Positions 17,328 to 27,171 of a DNA stretch of 64,000 nucleotides are shown here, piece by piece; position 1 is the stretch's first letter; each line of letters starts with the position of its first letter. A program made the translations under genes and the position numbers. A model generated the notes under the pieces. The model saw only the letters and a program-made list of their open reading frames with translations. It was not told where the DNA came from and did not search any database. This DNA is from an uncultured Cellulomonadaceae bacterium (GTDB taxonomy: Bacteria; Actinomycetota; Actinomycetes; Actinomycetales; Cellulomonadaceae). The stretch is from the NCBI GenBank assembly GCA_964510785.1, contig CAZECM010000012.1, forward strand, positions 59 to 64,058, written 5' to 3'.

Positions 17328-19727
17328 ATGCGCATCCTCGTCGCGACCACGTGGTTCCCCACCGCGGGGCACCCCGCCCTCGGCGCCTTCGTGGCCCGTG
17401 ACGTCGCCGCGCTCGCCGCCCACCACGAGGTGCGCGTGCTCCACCTCGTCGCGCCCGGCTTCGCCGGAGAGGGTGTGGCCGGCGGCGCGTTCGGGCCCGG
17501 TCGCACCGCCGACGACGGCGGGACGCGGGTGCTCGACTTCCCGGGGATCGACCCGGCCGAGGTGCGCGTGCGCCAGCTCGTCACAGATCTGCGCCGCCCG
17601 GACCACCTCGTGCGCGCCGGGCGGGTCGTGACCGTGGCGGCCCGAGGAGCCGACGTCCTCCACACCGCGGTGTTCTCCACGCTCCTGCCGCTCGCGACCC
17701 GCCGGGTCCCGGTGCCCTGGGTCCACACCGAGCACTGGCACGGGGTCTCCTCGACGGCGGGCGACTCGCTCGCGCTGCGACTTGCCACCCCGCCGCTGCG
17801 AGCCCTGCTGCGCGGGCCTGACGTCGTCACCGCCGTCTCCGAGCTTGCCACCGCCCCGATCCGCGAGCTGCGCCGCGGACGACCGACGGCCGTGGTGCCG
17901 TGCATCGTCGCGCCACCCGCCGACCTTGCTGCGCTGGCGACTCCTCATGACGAGCTCCGGCCCGGACCGGCGGGCGCGACGAACGGATCGTCTGCCGTGG
18001 CCGGGCGGACCCTGCGCTCGGCGGCCGATGCGGCGCACGCTCAGGGGCGCGCGGGCAGGCCGCTGCGACTCGTCGCTGTCGGCGGGCTCATTGCGGGCAA
18101 GGACCCCGTGCTCGCCGTCGAGACCCTCGCCGCGCTGCGCGACCGGGGCCGTGATGCGGAACTGACGTGGGTGGGCGACGGGCCGCTGCGCGGTGCGGTC
18201 GCTGCCCGGGCGGCCGAGCTCGAGGTCACGGTGCACCTGCGCGGTGCTGTGGAGCCGGGCGACGTCGCGGGAGAGCTCGCCGCGGCGGACCTCTTCCTGC
18301 TGCCCACGCGGCGCGAGACCTTCGGGGTCGCGATCGCCGAGGCGATCTCGCACGGCCTGCCCGTAGTGGTCGGGGCCGACGGCGGATTCCGGGAGTTCGT
18401 CGACGATCGGGTCGGTGCCTTCGTGGCGAGCCGGGACCCGCGCGAGTGGGCGGAGGCCGTCGAGCAGACGCTCGCACGGACCGATCACCTGGGCGCCGCT
18501 CAGATCGCGGCGACCCTCGGCGACCGCTTCGCCCCCGAGACGGTCGTCGCGGGCTACGAGTCCGCCTACGCGCAGGCAGGAGCACCGATGAGCGGGGCAC
18601 CTCTGTCCGACGCCGAGCCGCTCGTCGACGTCATCATCAGCGTCCACTCGGTGCGGCGTCCCGTCGCGCGCGCGGTCCGTTCGGTGCTCGCAAACCGGAC
18701 TCCGGTGCGCATCACCGTGGTGTGCCACGGCCTGCCTGCAACCGACATCGCGCCACTGCTCGGTGCGCTCCCGGCCGAGGCGCTCGCCGTCGGACACGAA
18801 GTGCGTCTCGTCGAGTTCGCCGACGGCGTCGCGAGCCCAGCTGGCCCCTACAACCGCGGCCTCGACCTCGCGACGGCACCCTACGTCGCGGTGCTCGGCT
18901 CCGACGATCGCCTCGCCGCCGGCGCGATCGACTCCTGGGCCGCCCTGGCACGCGAGACCGATGCCGATGCCGTCATCACGCGCCTCGCCTACGCGCGCCC
19001 GGACGGCTCCGTGCGGGCCGTGGTCCCGACCCCGCCCGCGCGGCCCTTCCGCTCGCGTGACCTCGATCCCGTGCGCGACCGCCTCGCCTACCGGTCTGCG
19101 CCCCTCGGGCTCCTGCGGAGGGCAACCCTCGAGCGCCTCGGCCTCCGTCACGACGAGGGCAAGCCGGTGGGCGTCGACCTCGAGCTGTCGACGCACCTGT
19201 GGTTCTCGGGCGGGCGCATCGCGTACGACCGCCGCGGCCCCGCCTACCTCATCGGCGAGGACGGCTCGGATCGGATCACGTTCGCGGCCCGGCCGCTCGA
19301 GCGCGACTTGCTGTGGCTCCCGGACCTACTCGACGCGCGATGGTTCCGCGCACTGCCGCTGACCCACCGGCGCGCGATCGCCGCGAAGATCCTCCGCATC
19401 CATGTGTTCGGCGCGATCCACTACCGGGCCGAGCCGGACGCCTGGACTCCTGAGGAGCGCACGGCGCTGCGTTCGCTCACCACGGCCGTGCTCGCCGCGG
19501 CCCCGGACGCCGAGCGCATGCTCTCCCGGGCGGAGCACGACCTGCTCGACGTCGCGCTCGACCCCGACGCGCCCGCCGAGCGCCTCATCGCCCTGTCCGC
19601 CCGCCGCCGACGCCACGGCCGCCCCGAGACGCTCGTGCCACGCGACCTGCGGTGCGCTCTGGCCCGTGAGGCCCCGCTCCGGCTCATGGCCGCCTCGGTG
19701 CTCGTGCGGGGCTTGCGCCCACGTTGA
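17328..19727 (+). CDS. Bifunctional glycosyltransferase: GT4 (GT-B) N-half fused to GT-A C-half (799 aa)
   Basis: MRILVATTWFP ... RETFGVAIAEAISHGLPVV (GT4 E-x7-E region), then VDVIISVHS ... LGSDDRLAAGA (GT-A). No stop codon between the halves. Confidence 0.8.
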   Translation: MRILVATTWFPTAGHPALGAFVARDVAALAAHHEVRVLHLVAPGFAGEGVAGGAFGPGRTADDGGTRVLDFPGIDPAEVRVRQLVTDLRRPDHLVRAGRVVTVAARGADVLHTAVFSTLLPLATRRVPVPWVHTEHWHGVSSTAGDSLALRLATPPLRALLRGPDVVTAVSELATAPIRELRRGRPTAVVPCIVAPPADLAALATPHDELRPGPAGATNGSSAVAGRTLRSAADAAHAQGRAGRPLRLVAVGGLIAGKDPVLAVETLAALRDRGRDAELTWVGDGPLRGAVAARAAELEVTVHLRGAVEPGDVAGELAAADLFLLPTRRETFGVAIAEAISHGLPVVVGADGGFREFVDDRVGAFVASRDPREWAEAVEQTLARTDHLGAAQIAATLGDRFAPETVVAGYESAYAQAGAPMSGAPLSDAEPLVDVIISVHSVRRPVARAVRSVLANRTPVRITVVCHGLPATDIAPLLGALPAEALAVGHEVRLVEFADGVASPAGPYNRGLDLATAPYVAVLGSDDRLAAGAIDSWAALARETDADAVITRLAYARPDGSVRAVVPTPPARPFRSRDLDPVRDRLAYRSAPLGLLRRATLERLGLRHDEGKPVGVDLELSTHLWFSGGRIAYDRRGPAYLIGEDGSDRITFAARPLERDLLWLPDLLDARWFRALPLTHRRAIAAKILRIHVFGAIHYRAEPDAWTPEERTALRSLTTAVLAAAPDAERMLSRAEHDLLDVALDPDAPAERLIALSARRRRHGRPETLVPRDLRCALAREAPLRLMAASVLVRGLRPR

Positions 19728-19788
19728 GTAACAGCTCCTACTGCCCTCTGGCTGCAAGGCCCTGCTCGGCGACTAGAACGTTGCACTA

Positions 19789-19804
19789 ACTAGAACGATC
19801 TAGT
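19789..19804. promoter_or_regulatory. 16-bp near-palindrome ACTAGAACGATCTAGT, candidate LacI-family operator
   Basis: 7 of 8 symmetric pairs around a central CG, 65 nt upstream of the dehydratase start. The 13-mer AACGATCTAGTAG recurs at 28542-28554. Confidence 0.4.
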
Positions 19805-19868
19805 AGCGTTCGCGTGAGGCGGGTCCGCGGACCAGCCGCTGCTGTTTCGCTACCAGAAAGGCTGGTCC

Positions 19869-21023
19869 GTGCGTCATCAGATCGCAGACGTCTCGGCATT
19901 CATCGTTGCGGGAGCCCGTTGGGGCTGGGTGCTCGTCCGGGTCACCACGGAGGACGGTTGGTACGGCATCGGCGAAGCTTCGCTCGAAGGACGCGAGCTG
20001 ACCGTCGCGGCCGCCGTGGACGAGATGCGACGAGCGCTGAGAGGCGAAGACTCGCGGGAGATCGCTCGGTTGGGAAGAAAGTTGTTCCGCGACGCGATCT
20101 GGACCGGCGGGCCGATGCAGAGTGCGATCAGTGGCATCGACACCGCACTGTGGGACCTCAAGGCGAAGCGGCTCGAGGTGCCCCTCTATGAGCTGCTCGG
20201 GGGCCGGACCCGCTCCGAGATCCGGCTCTACGCCAACGCGTGGTGGTACGACGGGGGAAGTCCGGACGACGTCGCGCGAGCGGCCCAGGCGGTGATCACC
20301 GAGGGATTCTCGGGCGTGAAGTTCAACCCGTTCAACCGGCAGCCCGAGACGGATCCGTACTACATGTCCAACGCCGTGCTGCGCACGGGCATCGACTACG
20401 TCGCGGCGGTGCGTGAGTCGATCGGCCCCCATGCCGACCTCATGATCGACCTGAACGCGTGCTTCATGAATGTCGGGGATGTCCTCAGGGTGGCCAAGGC
20501 GCTCGAGCCGTTTCACCCGACGTTCCTCGAGGAGCCTCTGGCCCAGGAGAACCACGCGGCGATGGCGGAACTACGTCGTAAGTCCGCCATTCCTGTGGCG
20601 AGCGGGGAGAGGCTGTTCACGAGCTTCGACTTCGACAGTCTTGTTCGTGCGGGCGCGGTGGACATCGTGCAGCCCGACCTCGCGCACTGCGGCGGCATCT
20701 CGGCAGGGATGAAGGTCGCAGCGCGAGCGGAGATGGACTACCTCCCGGTTGCGCCGCACAACCCCAACGGCCCGGTCTGCGAGAGCGCCTCCGCCCACCT
20801 GCTGACCGCGATCAGCAACGGCTACGGCCTGCTCGAGCACTTTCCCGCGGAGCCGTGGCGCCACGAGGTCGTGGGGACGCCCTACCAGATCGATCACGGT
20901 GTGCTGCGGCTCAGCGAGGCGCCAGGGCTGGGGATCGAGTTCGACGAGGAAGCCGCCCTGCGCCGCCCCTACGAGTCGAAAGATCTCGGGACCTTTCACG
21001 AGAGGAACTTTGTCGGATGGTGA
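19869..21023 (+). CDS. Enolase-superfamily sugar-acid dehydratase (galactonate dehydratase DgoD-like)
   Basis: GIGEASLEGRE, SGIDTALWDLKAK, MIDLNACF, FLEEP, ASGERLF and VQPDLAHCGG are mandelate racemase/muconate lactonizing family hallmarks. Ends ...NFVGW as DgoD-type proteins do. Confidence 0.85.
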   Translation: MRHQIADVSAFIVAGARWGWVLVRVTTEDGWYGIGEASLEGRELTVAAAVDEMRRALRGEDSREIARLGRKLFRDAIWTGGPMQSAISGIDTALWDLKAKRLEVPLYELLGGRTRSEIRLYANAWWYDGGSPDDVARAAQAVITEGFSGVKFNPFNRQPETDPYYMSNAVLRTGIDYVAAVRESIGPHADLMIDLNACFMNVGDVLRVAKALEPFHPTFLEEPLAQENHAAMAELRRKSAIPVASGERLFTSFDFDSLVRAGAVDIVQPDLAHCGGISAGMKVAARAEMDYLPVAPHNPNGPVCESASAHLLTAISNGYGLLEHFPAEPWRHEVVGTPYQIDHGVLRLSEAPGLGIEFDEEAALRRPYESKDLGTFHERNFVGW

Positions 21024-21904
21024 GCTGGCCCAGGATCGTAGGCATCTGCGGCGCAGGCATGATGGGGTCGGGCATCGGTGCGCGACTGGTCGAAGGTGGC
21101 CTTCGGGTCCTGACCGTGACGAGGTCAGGGCGATCTGAGAATCTGGACGAGCTCGGAATCGAGGATGTCGGCTCGGTGGACCGCCTCGTTGCAGAGGCTG
21201 ACGTGATCTTGTCGGTGATGGGTTCTGTCGACGCTCCCGGATTCGCGGGGCAGGTCGCTGACGCCCTGGTGCGCAGCCCTCGTACCGGTCTGGTGTTTGC
21301 CGAGTGCAACCTGCTCGACCCCGGCGTCTCGCGTGCCATCGATGCTCAGCTGAGTGCTCTCGGTGTCCGGGTGGTCGACGCCGGAATCTGCGGTGCTCCG
21401 CCTCGCCCGGGGCACGCTCCGACCGTGTTCACCTCGGGGGCGCACGTCGATACCCTCGAGTTCCTGCAGGGTCACGGCTTCGACGTCTGGCAGGTCGGGG
21501 AAGAGATCGGAGCGGCGACCACTCTCAAGGTGCTCTCGGCCGCGGGTTGGCAAGGAAGTGTCGCCCTCATGAGCTCGGTCCTGGTCGCTGCGCACCGCCA
21601 GGGCCTGTCCAAGTGGTTGTTGCGCGACCTCGAGCAGCATCAGGCTGCATTGTTCTCATGGTTCGCGCCGGCTCTTCTCGACGCGACGGGCAAGGCCCGG
21701 CGGTGGGCGCCAGACATGGAGGTCGTCGCGCGGCTCCTGGGCTCGTCCGGAGCAAGCGGTGCGTACCATGAGGCTGCTGCCGGGCTCTACGACGCTCTCG
21801 CGCAGGTCGACCTCGAAGCGAGCGACGAGTCCTACGACGTCGTCGTGGCGCTCGACCGGGTCCTCGCCGACCAGGCCTCTGCAGAGCTAGGGAGCACCCG
21901 ATGA
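21017..21904 (+). CDS. NAD(P)-binding beta-hydroxyacid/6-phosphogluconate dehydrogenase-like oxidoreductase
   Basis: IVGICGAGMMGSGIGARL dinucleotide fold at the N-terminus. ATG 21017 overlaps the end of the upstream gene. Confidence 0.7.
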   Translation: MVSWPRIVGICGAGMMGSGIGARLVEGGLRVLTVTRSGRSENLDELGIEDVGSVDRLVAEADVILSVMGSVDAPGFAGQVADALVRSPRTGLVFAECNLLDPGVSRAIDAQLSALGVRVVDAGICGAPPRPGHAPTVFTSGAHVDTLEFLQGHGFDVWQVGEEIGAATTLKVLSAAGWQGSVALMSSVLVAAHRQGLSKWLLRDLEQHQAALFSWFAPALLDATGKARRWAPDMEVVARLLGSSGASGAYHEAAAGLYDALAQVDLEASDESYDVVVALDRVLADQASAELGSTR

Positions 21905-23043
21905 GCGCCCCCGCTCCGAGGCGGTGGACGCCCGATGCCGAGGATGCGCGGCTCGATCCCCAGAAGATGGAGTTCTTCGAGCGTCGAGCACATCCGCAGC
22001 GGCTCGCGGACCTCGTCACGAGGTCGCTCGAGCTGACGGGCGTTCCGCACGACGATGCAGAGATGTGTGCCGACATCCTTGTCGACGCCGACCTGAGAGG
22101 GAGCGAGACCCATGGCACGGCGCTCTTGCGTACGCACTATGTCGATCCGCTCCGGAGCGGACAGATCAATCCGGCGCCCGCGATCAAGATCGACCAGGGA
22201 GCGGCGACGACCGTAGCCGTCGACGGTGATCACGGGCTCGGCATGGTGGTCGGCGTGCGCGCGATGGAGAAGTGCATCGAGCTCGCGCGGGAGCACGGGT
22301 CGGGATGGGCGGCGTGCTATCGCACGACCCACTCCGCATCCGGTGGCTACTACGTACGTATGGCTGCGCGTGCTCGCATGGTGGGGTTCCACTGGTCGAC
22401 CGGAGGCTCGACGATCGCGGCACCGGGACGGGGTGGACGGCTCGTCGGCAACAACCCCTTCTCCTTCGGCGCACCCGTGGGCGATCGTGCCCCGTTCGTC
22501 CTCGACATGGCGCCGTCAGCGACGATTCGGCCGAAGATCCGGATGCTGGGCTGGGAGGGACGCCCCATCCCCCCTGACTGGGCTGTCGACGAGGACGGCA
22601 CCCCGATCACGGACCCCCAGGACTTCTTCGACCGACGCGGCGCCATTCTCCCGCTGGGCGGTACTCCCGAGGGCGGCGCCTACAAGGGGTTCGGGCTGCA
22701 GCTCGTCGCAGACATCATGTCGGGAGGGCTGACCGGCGACGGTGGAAGCATGGTTCGGGCCAAGGGCGCCCACACCAGCGCGCTCGGTGCCGTCGCTGTG
22801 GATGGCTTCCCGACCGGCGGTGAGTACGACGCCGCGACGGAGGCGATGTCCGACGCGCTGAGGCGTGGACCGGCAGGTTCCGGCGGAGCCGTGCGCTATC
22901 CCGGCGAACGCGCGGAGGAGGAGTGGCGTCGGCGAACTCTCGCGGGAGTGCCGCTGCGTCGCCACGTCGTCACCGAGCTCGCCGCGATGTGCGACGAGCT
23001 CGGGCTCGCCCTGGACGACGTCTGGGCGGATGAAGAGACATGA
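21901..23043 (+). CDS. Ldh_2 family oxidoreductase (type-2 malate/L-lactate/sulfolactate dehydrogenase family)
   Basis: ADLRGSETHG, GDHGLGMV, GNNPFSFGAP and GAYKGFGLQLVADIMSG are family-typical blocks. Confidence 0.8.
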   Translation: MSAPAPRRWTPDAEDARLDPQKMEFFERRAHPQRLADLVTRSLELTGVPHDDAEMCADILVDADLRGSETHGTALLRTHYVDPLRSGQINPAPAIKIDQGAATTVAVDGDHGLGMVVGVRAMEKCIELAREHGSGWAACYRTTHSASGGYYVRMAARARMVGFHWSTGGSTIAAPGRGGRLVGNNPFSFGAPVGDRAPFVLDMAPSATIRPKIRMLGWEGRPIPPDWAVDEDGTPITDPQDFFDRRGAILPLGGTPEGGAYKGFGLQLVADIMSGGLTGDGGSMVRAKGAHTSALGAVAVDGFPTGGEYDAATEAMSDALRRGPAGSGGAVRYPGERAEEEWRRRTLAGVPLRRHVVTELAAMCDELGLALDDVWADEET

Positions 23044-23068
23044 ACCGGTCGAGCTGGGAGCGAGCAAG

Positions 23069-24196
23069 ATGACGGAGCTGCGATCTGCAGTACTTGGTGC
23101 CGGGATGATCGGTGCAGTGCACGCCCGGGCGATCAACGCAGCGGGCGGGCACGTCAGTCTCGTGGTCGACCGCGAGGCCGGCAATGCCCGCGAGGCCGCC
23201 CATCTCGCCCGGGCTGAACGGTGGTCTACGTCGCTCGAGGACGCCGTCGGCCCTGATATCGACATCGTCCACATCTGCCTTCCGAACCACCTCCACGCCC
23301 CCGTCGCTCGCGCGGCCATCGCCGCAGGTAAGCACGTGGTGTGCGAGAAGCCGCTCGCGACCGACGTCGACGACGCCGGCGAGCTCGCCCGGGCAGCCAG
23401 GACCCAGGGAGTCGTCACCGCGGTGCCGTTCGGCTACAGGTTCTCGCCTGGTGTGCGAGAGGCTCGAGCCAGGATTCAGCGTGGCGACCTGGGAGACCTC
23501 CGGATCCTGCACGGTCACTACCTGCAGGACTGGCTGTTGGAGCCCAGCGCGTACAACTGGCGGGTCGACGCCGAGCTCGGCGGTCCGTCTCGCGCCTTTG
23601 CCGATATCGGGTCGCATCTCGCTGACATGATCGAGTTCGTGAGCGGCCACCGGATCGTCGAGCTGGTCGCTCTCATGCAGACGCTGCAGCCCACACGGCT
23701 TGCGAGCGGCTCGCGTAAGGCCTTCGCGGCCTCCTCCGGGGACGGCACCCCCGTCGCCGTCACCACCGAGGACACAGCGTCGGTGCTGTTCCGCACGGAT
23801 CGGGGTGCCTCCGGTTCGATGCTCGTGTCCCAAGCGTCGCCGGGCCGCAAGAACCGTCTGTGGTTCGAGCTGGACGGCGCCGACGCGTCGGTGATCTACG
23901 ACCTCGAGGATTCCGAGCGACTGCAGATAGGCACCCCCGACGGTGTGCTCACGCTCCCGCGGGATCCGAAGACGGCCTCGTCTGGCTCGGTTAGGTACAC
24001 GACCCTGCCTGCGGGGCACCCTCAGGGACTGCACGACTGGTTCGAGGCCCTCGTCGTCGATGTCCATGCCACCATCCGCGGCGAGGCTGTGGACGGACTC
24101 CCCACCTTCGAGGACGGTCTGCGTGCGGCTGTCGTCACCGACGCTGTGCTCAGGTCGGCGCGGACGCGACAGTGGGTGACGGTCGACGCTTCTTGA
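23069..24196 (+). CDS. Gfo/Idh/MocA family oxidoreductase
   Basis: MTELRSAVLGAGMIGAVHA with GGGAG 7-8 nt upstream; HVVCEKPLA motif. ATG 23030 is an alternative start. Confidence 0.8.
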   Translation: MTELRSAVLGAGMIGAVHARAINAAGGHVSLVVDREAGNAREAAHLARAERWSTSLEDAVGPDIDIVHICLPNHLHAPVARAAIAAGKHVVCEKPLATDVDDAGELARAARTQGVVTAVPFGYRFSPGVREARARIQRGDLGDLRILHGHYLQDWLLEPSAYNWRVDAELGGPSRAFADIGSHLADMIEFVSGHRIVELVALMQTLQPTRLASGSRKAFAASSGDGTPVAVTTEDTASVLFRTDRGASGSMLVSQASPGRKNRLWFELDGADASVIYDLEDSERLQIGTPDGVLTLPRDPKTASSGSVRYTTLPAGHPQGLHDWFEALVVDVHATIRGEAVDGLPTFEDGLRAAVVTDAVLRSARTRQWVTVDAS

Positions 24197-24312
24197 CGGC
24201 GTCGAGCCGCGTAGACAGGGTCCGTAGTCAGGTTCGCGCGGCCGCCCACGGCTGCTCGCGGAGGCCATAGGATCGCGGGGTGCTCCTTCGCGAGCCAGCA
24301 CAGGAGGACGAC

Positions 24313-25320
24313 ATGGGAAAATGGGGCGTCACTATCGTGGACGTCGCACGGCACGTCGGGGTGTCGCCGTCAACCGTCTCTCTCGTGCTCCGCAACGACC
24401 CGTCCATCAGCCCACCCACGGTCGCGCGGGTGAAGGCCGCGATCGCTGAGCTCGGCTACGTCTACAACCGCGGGGCGGCCGCGCTACGTGAGGCCGAGTC
24501 GAAGATGGTCGGCACGGTGGTGCACGATCTCGCGAACGAGACCATGACGGAGATCGCACTCGGTGCCAACGTCGCGCTGCGCGAACGGGGTTACGTGCAG
24601 GTGCTCGGGCACACCGAGGACGACGTGTCGGAGCAGCGCAAGATCATCCGGGCATTTCGCGAGTACGGGCTGCGCGGGCTGGTGATCTCCCCTGCGCGGG
24701 GTAGCGTTTCCGACGATCTGGCGGAGGGGATGACCGTCGTCCAGGTCGCGCGCGACCTCCCCGACTCCGGGCTGGCGTCAGTTCGCTCGGACAACGAGGC
24801 GGGGATAGTCGCCGCGCTCACCCATCTGGTGGATCTCGGGCATCGCCATATCGGCTTCGTCGGTGGACGACCGGACACCGAGACGTTCCGTCAGCGCCGT
24901 ACTGCATTCGACGCGACGCTCTACCGTCTGGGCCTTCCGCCCGGGGTGGTCGTCGAGACGCCCCCGACGCACGAGGGCGGGATCGAGGGCATCGCCCAGC
25001 TGCTTCGCCAGGAGACGCAGCCGACGGCGGCCGTCTGCTTCAACGATGTCGTCGCCTATGGCGTCTATGACGGACTACGTGAACTTGGCCTCGAGCCGGG
25101 CCGGGACGTCAGCGTGGTCGGCTTCGACGACATCCCCACGTCCCGTCGGCTCTACCCCGCCCTCACATCCGTCTCGATTGACCCCCGGTCGATGGGCACC
25201 CAAGCAGTCGCGTTGTTGATCGACCTGATGAACGGCAGCTATGACGGACCGACTCAGATCCTCACCCCGGTCTCGCTCGTCGTCCGGGGCAGCACGAACC
25301 CGCCGTCGTCCCCCGGCTGA
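24313..25320 (+). CDS. LacI family transcriptional regulator
   Basis: ATG 24313 after AGGAGGA. HTH VTIVDVARHVGVSPSTVSLVLRN followed by a periplasmic-binding-protein-like fold. Confidence 0.9.
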   Translation: MGKWGVTIVDVARHVGVSPSTVSLVLRNDPSISPPTVARVKAAIAELGYVYNRGAAALREAESKMVGTVVHDLANETMTEIALGANVALRERGYVQVLGHTEDDVSEQRKIIRAFREYGLRGLVISPARGSVSDDLAEGMTVVQVARDLPDSGLASVRSDNEAGIVAALTHLVDLGHRHIGFVGGRPDTETFRQRRTAFDATLYRLGLPPGVVVETPPTHEGGIEGIAQLLRQETQPTAAVCFNDVVAYGVYDGLRELGLEPGRDVSVVGFDDIPTSRRLYPALTSVSIDPRSMGTQAVALLIDLMNGSYDGPTQILTPVSLVVRGSTNPPSSPG

Positions 25321-25321
25321 C

Positions 25322-26176
25322 TCACCCCTTGGTCGCGCCCGCCGCGAGCCCCGCCACGATGTACCGCTGGAGGAAGAGCGCGATCACGATGATCGGTGTC
25401 GTGATCACCACCGAGGCGGCCATCAGGCCCCCCCAGTCGACGCTCGCGTAGCGCACGAAGTTGTAGAGCGACAGGGGCAAGGTCCGTGTCGAGTTGCTCG
25501 CCAGGACAAGCGCGAAGAGGAAGTTGTTCCACGAGAAGATGAAGGCCAGGATGCACGCCGTCGCCACGCCGGGCATCGACAGAGGAACGCTGATCCGCAA
25601 GAACGCACCGATCGGCGTCAGGCCGTCGACCTGACCCGACTCCTCGAGCTCGAGCGGGAGTCCGTCGAAGAAGCCGACCAGGATGTAGATCATCAACGGC
25701 ACGGAGACGAACATGTGCGTGATCACCAGCACCGTGTAGCTTCCGACGATGCCCATCCGGGAGAACAGGAAGTACCACGGGACGAGCAGGCTCACGGCTG
25801 GCATGATCCGCGCCACGAGCACGAACGTCTTGCTCCGCCTCATCACGAAGCGACTGATCGAGTACGAGGCCGGAAGCGCGACGGCGAGTGAGATCACCGT
25901 CGAGACGGCTCCCACGAGAAGGCTGTTGACGATGAAGTCGAGAAAGTTCTCTTCGGCGAAGACCGTGACGAAGTTCTTCAGCGTCGGGGCGAAGCTGAAG
26001 ATCCGGGAGGAGTTGAAGATGTCGACGTTGTCCTTGAGCGCTGCGAGGACCATCCACAGGAGGGGGCCGAGGATCGTCACGACGACGACACCGATCGCGC
26101 TGAACCTGAAGACGGTGTAGGCGCGCGCTCTGGTCGGGTGCCGCCGCGCGGGGCGGACGTGGGGCACGGAGCTCAT
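25322..26176 (-). CDS. Carbohydrate ABC transporter permease (MalG-like)
   Basis: Start MSSVPHV (ATG 26176) overlaps the upstream stop. EESGQVDGLTPIGAFLRISVPL is an EAA-type loop. Confidence 0.9.
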   Translation of the reverse strand: MSSVPHVRPARRHPTRARAYTVFRFSAIGVVVVTILGPLLWMVLAALKDNVDIFNSSRIFSFAPTLKNFVTVFAEENFLDFIVNSLLVGAVSTVISLAVALPASYSISRFVMRRSKTFVLVARIMPAVSLLVPWYFLFSRMGIVGSYTVLVITHMFVSVPLMIYILVGFFDGLPLELEESGQVDGLTPIGAFLRISVPLSMPGVATACILAFIFSWNNFLFALVLASNSTRTLPLSLYNFVRYASVDWGGLMAASVVITTPIIVIALFLQRYIVAGLAAGATKG

Positions 26177-27087
26177 GGACGCCCCTCCTTTCGGCGGAAG
26201 ATCAGCAGTGTCACGAGGGCAAGGGTGAGCGCGACGAACAGTGTGAGAACCGTGGCTGCGATGCTGTAGTTGTTGTGGCTGAAGTTGAGGCTGTACGCGT
26301 AGATGTTCAGCGTCTCTGCCTCGTGGTACGAGCCGCCGCCTGGTCCCTTGATCGCGTAGAGCACGTCGAAGGACTTCAGCGCGTCGACCGCGCGGAGCGC
26401 GAGAGCGGCGAAGAAGGTCGGTCGCAGGAGTGGAAAGGTGACGAACCGGAACCGCTGCCATGCCGTGGCGCCGTCGACCCTCGCGGCCTCGTCGGGCTCC
26501 TCGGGGAGCGTCGACAGTCCCGCGAGCAGGATGAGCGTCACCATGGGCGTCCACTGCCAGGCGTCGATGATCGCCAGGGTGACGAGCGCGGTGGACTGGG
26601 ACCCGAGGAAGGAGCCACGCGGGAGACCGATCGACTCGAGCAGGTGGTTGGCGACGCCGATGTTGGGCTCGAGGATGAGCTGCCACATCATCCCGACCGC
26701 CACGGGCGTGGCCACCACGGGAAGAAGGATGATCACTCGCACGACTCCCTGCCCCCGGAAGGGTCGGCGAAGCAGCAACGCGATCGCGAGCCCGAGGCTC
26801 ATCTGCAGGGTGAGCGCCACCGTGGTGTAGGCGAAGGTGCGCCACGCGGCAGGCCAGAACCTCGCGGTGTCGCTCAAGACCGCCGCGTAGTTCTCCAGCC
26901 CGATGAAGCTGAACTCCGAGAGGATCGAGCCGCGCGCGTCGGTGAGGCTCAGGACCACGGTGTAGATGATGGGGATGACCACGAGGGCGCCCACGAACAC
27001 GAGCGCCGGGGCGGCGAGCACCCACTTGCGGTGCTCGTTGATCCACGCGCTGCCCCGGGTCGAGCCGAAGGTCGTCATGACTGCCAT
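26173..27087 (-). CDS. Carbohydrate ABC transporter permease (MalF-like)
   Basis: Six TM helices; the EAA loop is PDEAARVDGATAWQRFRFVTFPLL. Confidence 0.9.
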   Translation of the reverse strand: MAVMTTFGSTRGSAWINEHRKWVLAAPALVFVGALVVIPIIYTVVLSLTDARGSILSEFSFIGLENYAAVLSDTARFWPAAWRTFAYTTVALTLQMSLGLAIALLLRRPFRGQGVVRVIILLPVVATPVAVGMMWQLILEPNIGVANHLLESIGLPRGSFLGSQSTALVTLAIIDAWQWTPMVTLILLAGLSTLPEEPDEAARVDGATAWQRFRFVTFPLLRPTFFAALALRAVDALKSFDVLYAIKGPGGGSYHEAETLNIYAYSLNFSHNNYSIAATVLTLFVALTLALVTLLIFRRKEGRP

Positions 27088-27171
27088 GTCCTCGTCCGTC
27101 CTCCAGTTCTCGGTGCCACTGCACTGCGGGGGCGGCGTGGAGATCCGCCCCCGCAGCGCCGACGGACCGGG

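Noticed and set aside
18540-18620. The 799-aa ORF as two overlapping genes (GT4, then a GT-A starting at MSGAPLS).
   Set aside because: There is no stop codon in frame between the halves and no RBS before the internal ATG. I treat it as a fusion unless resequencing shows otherwise.
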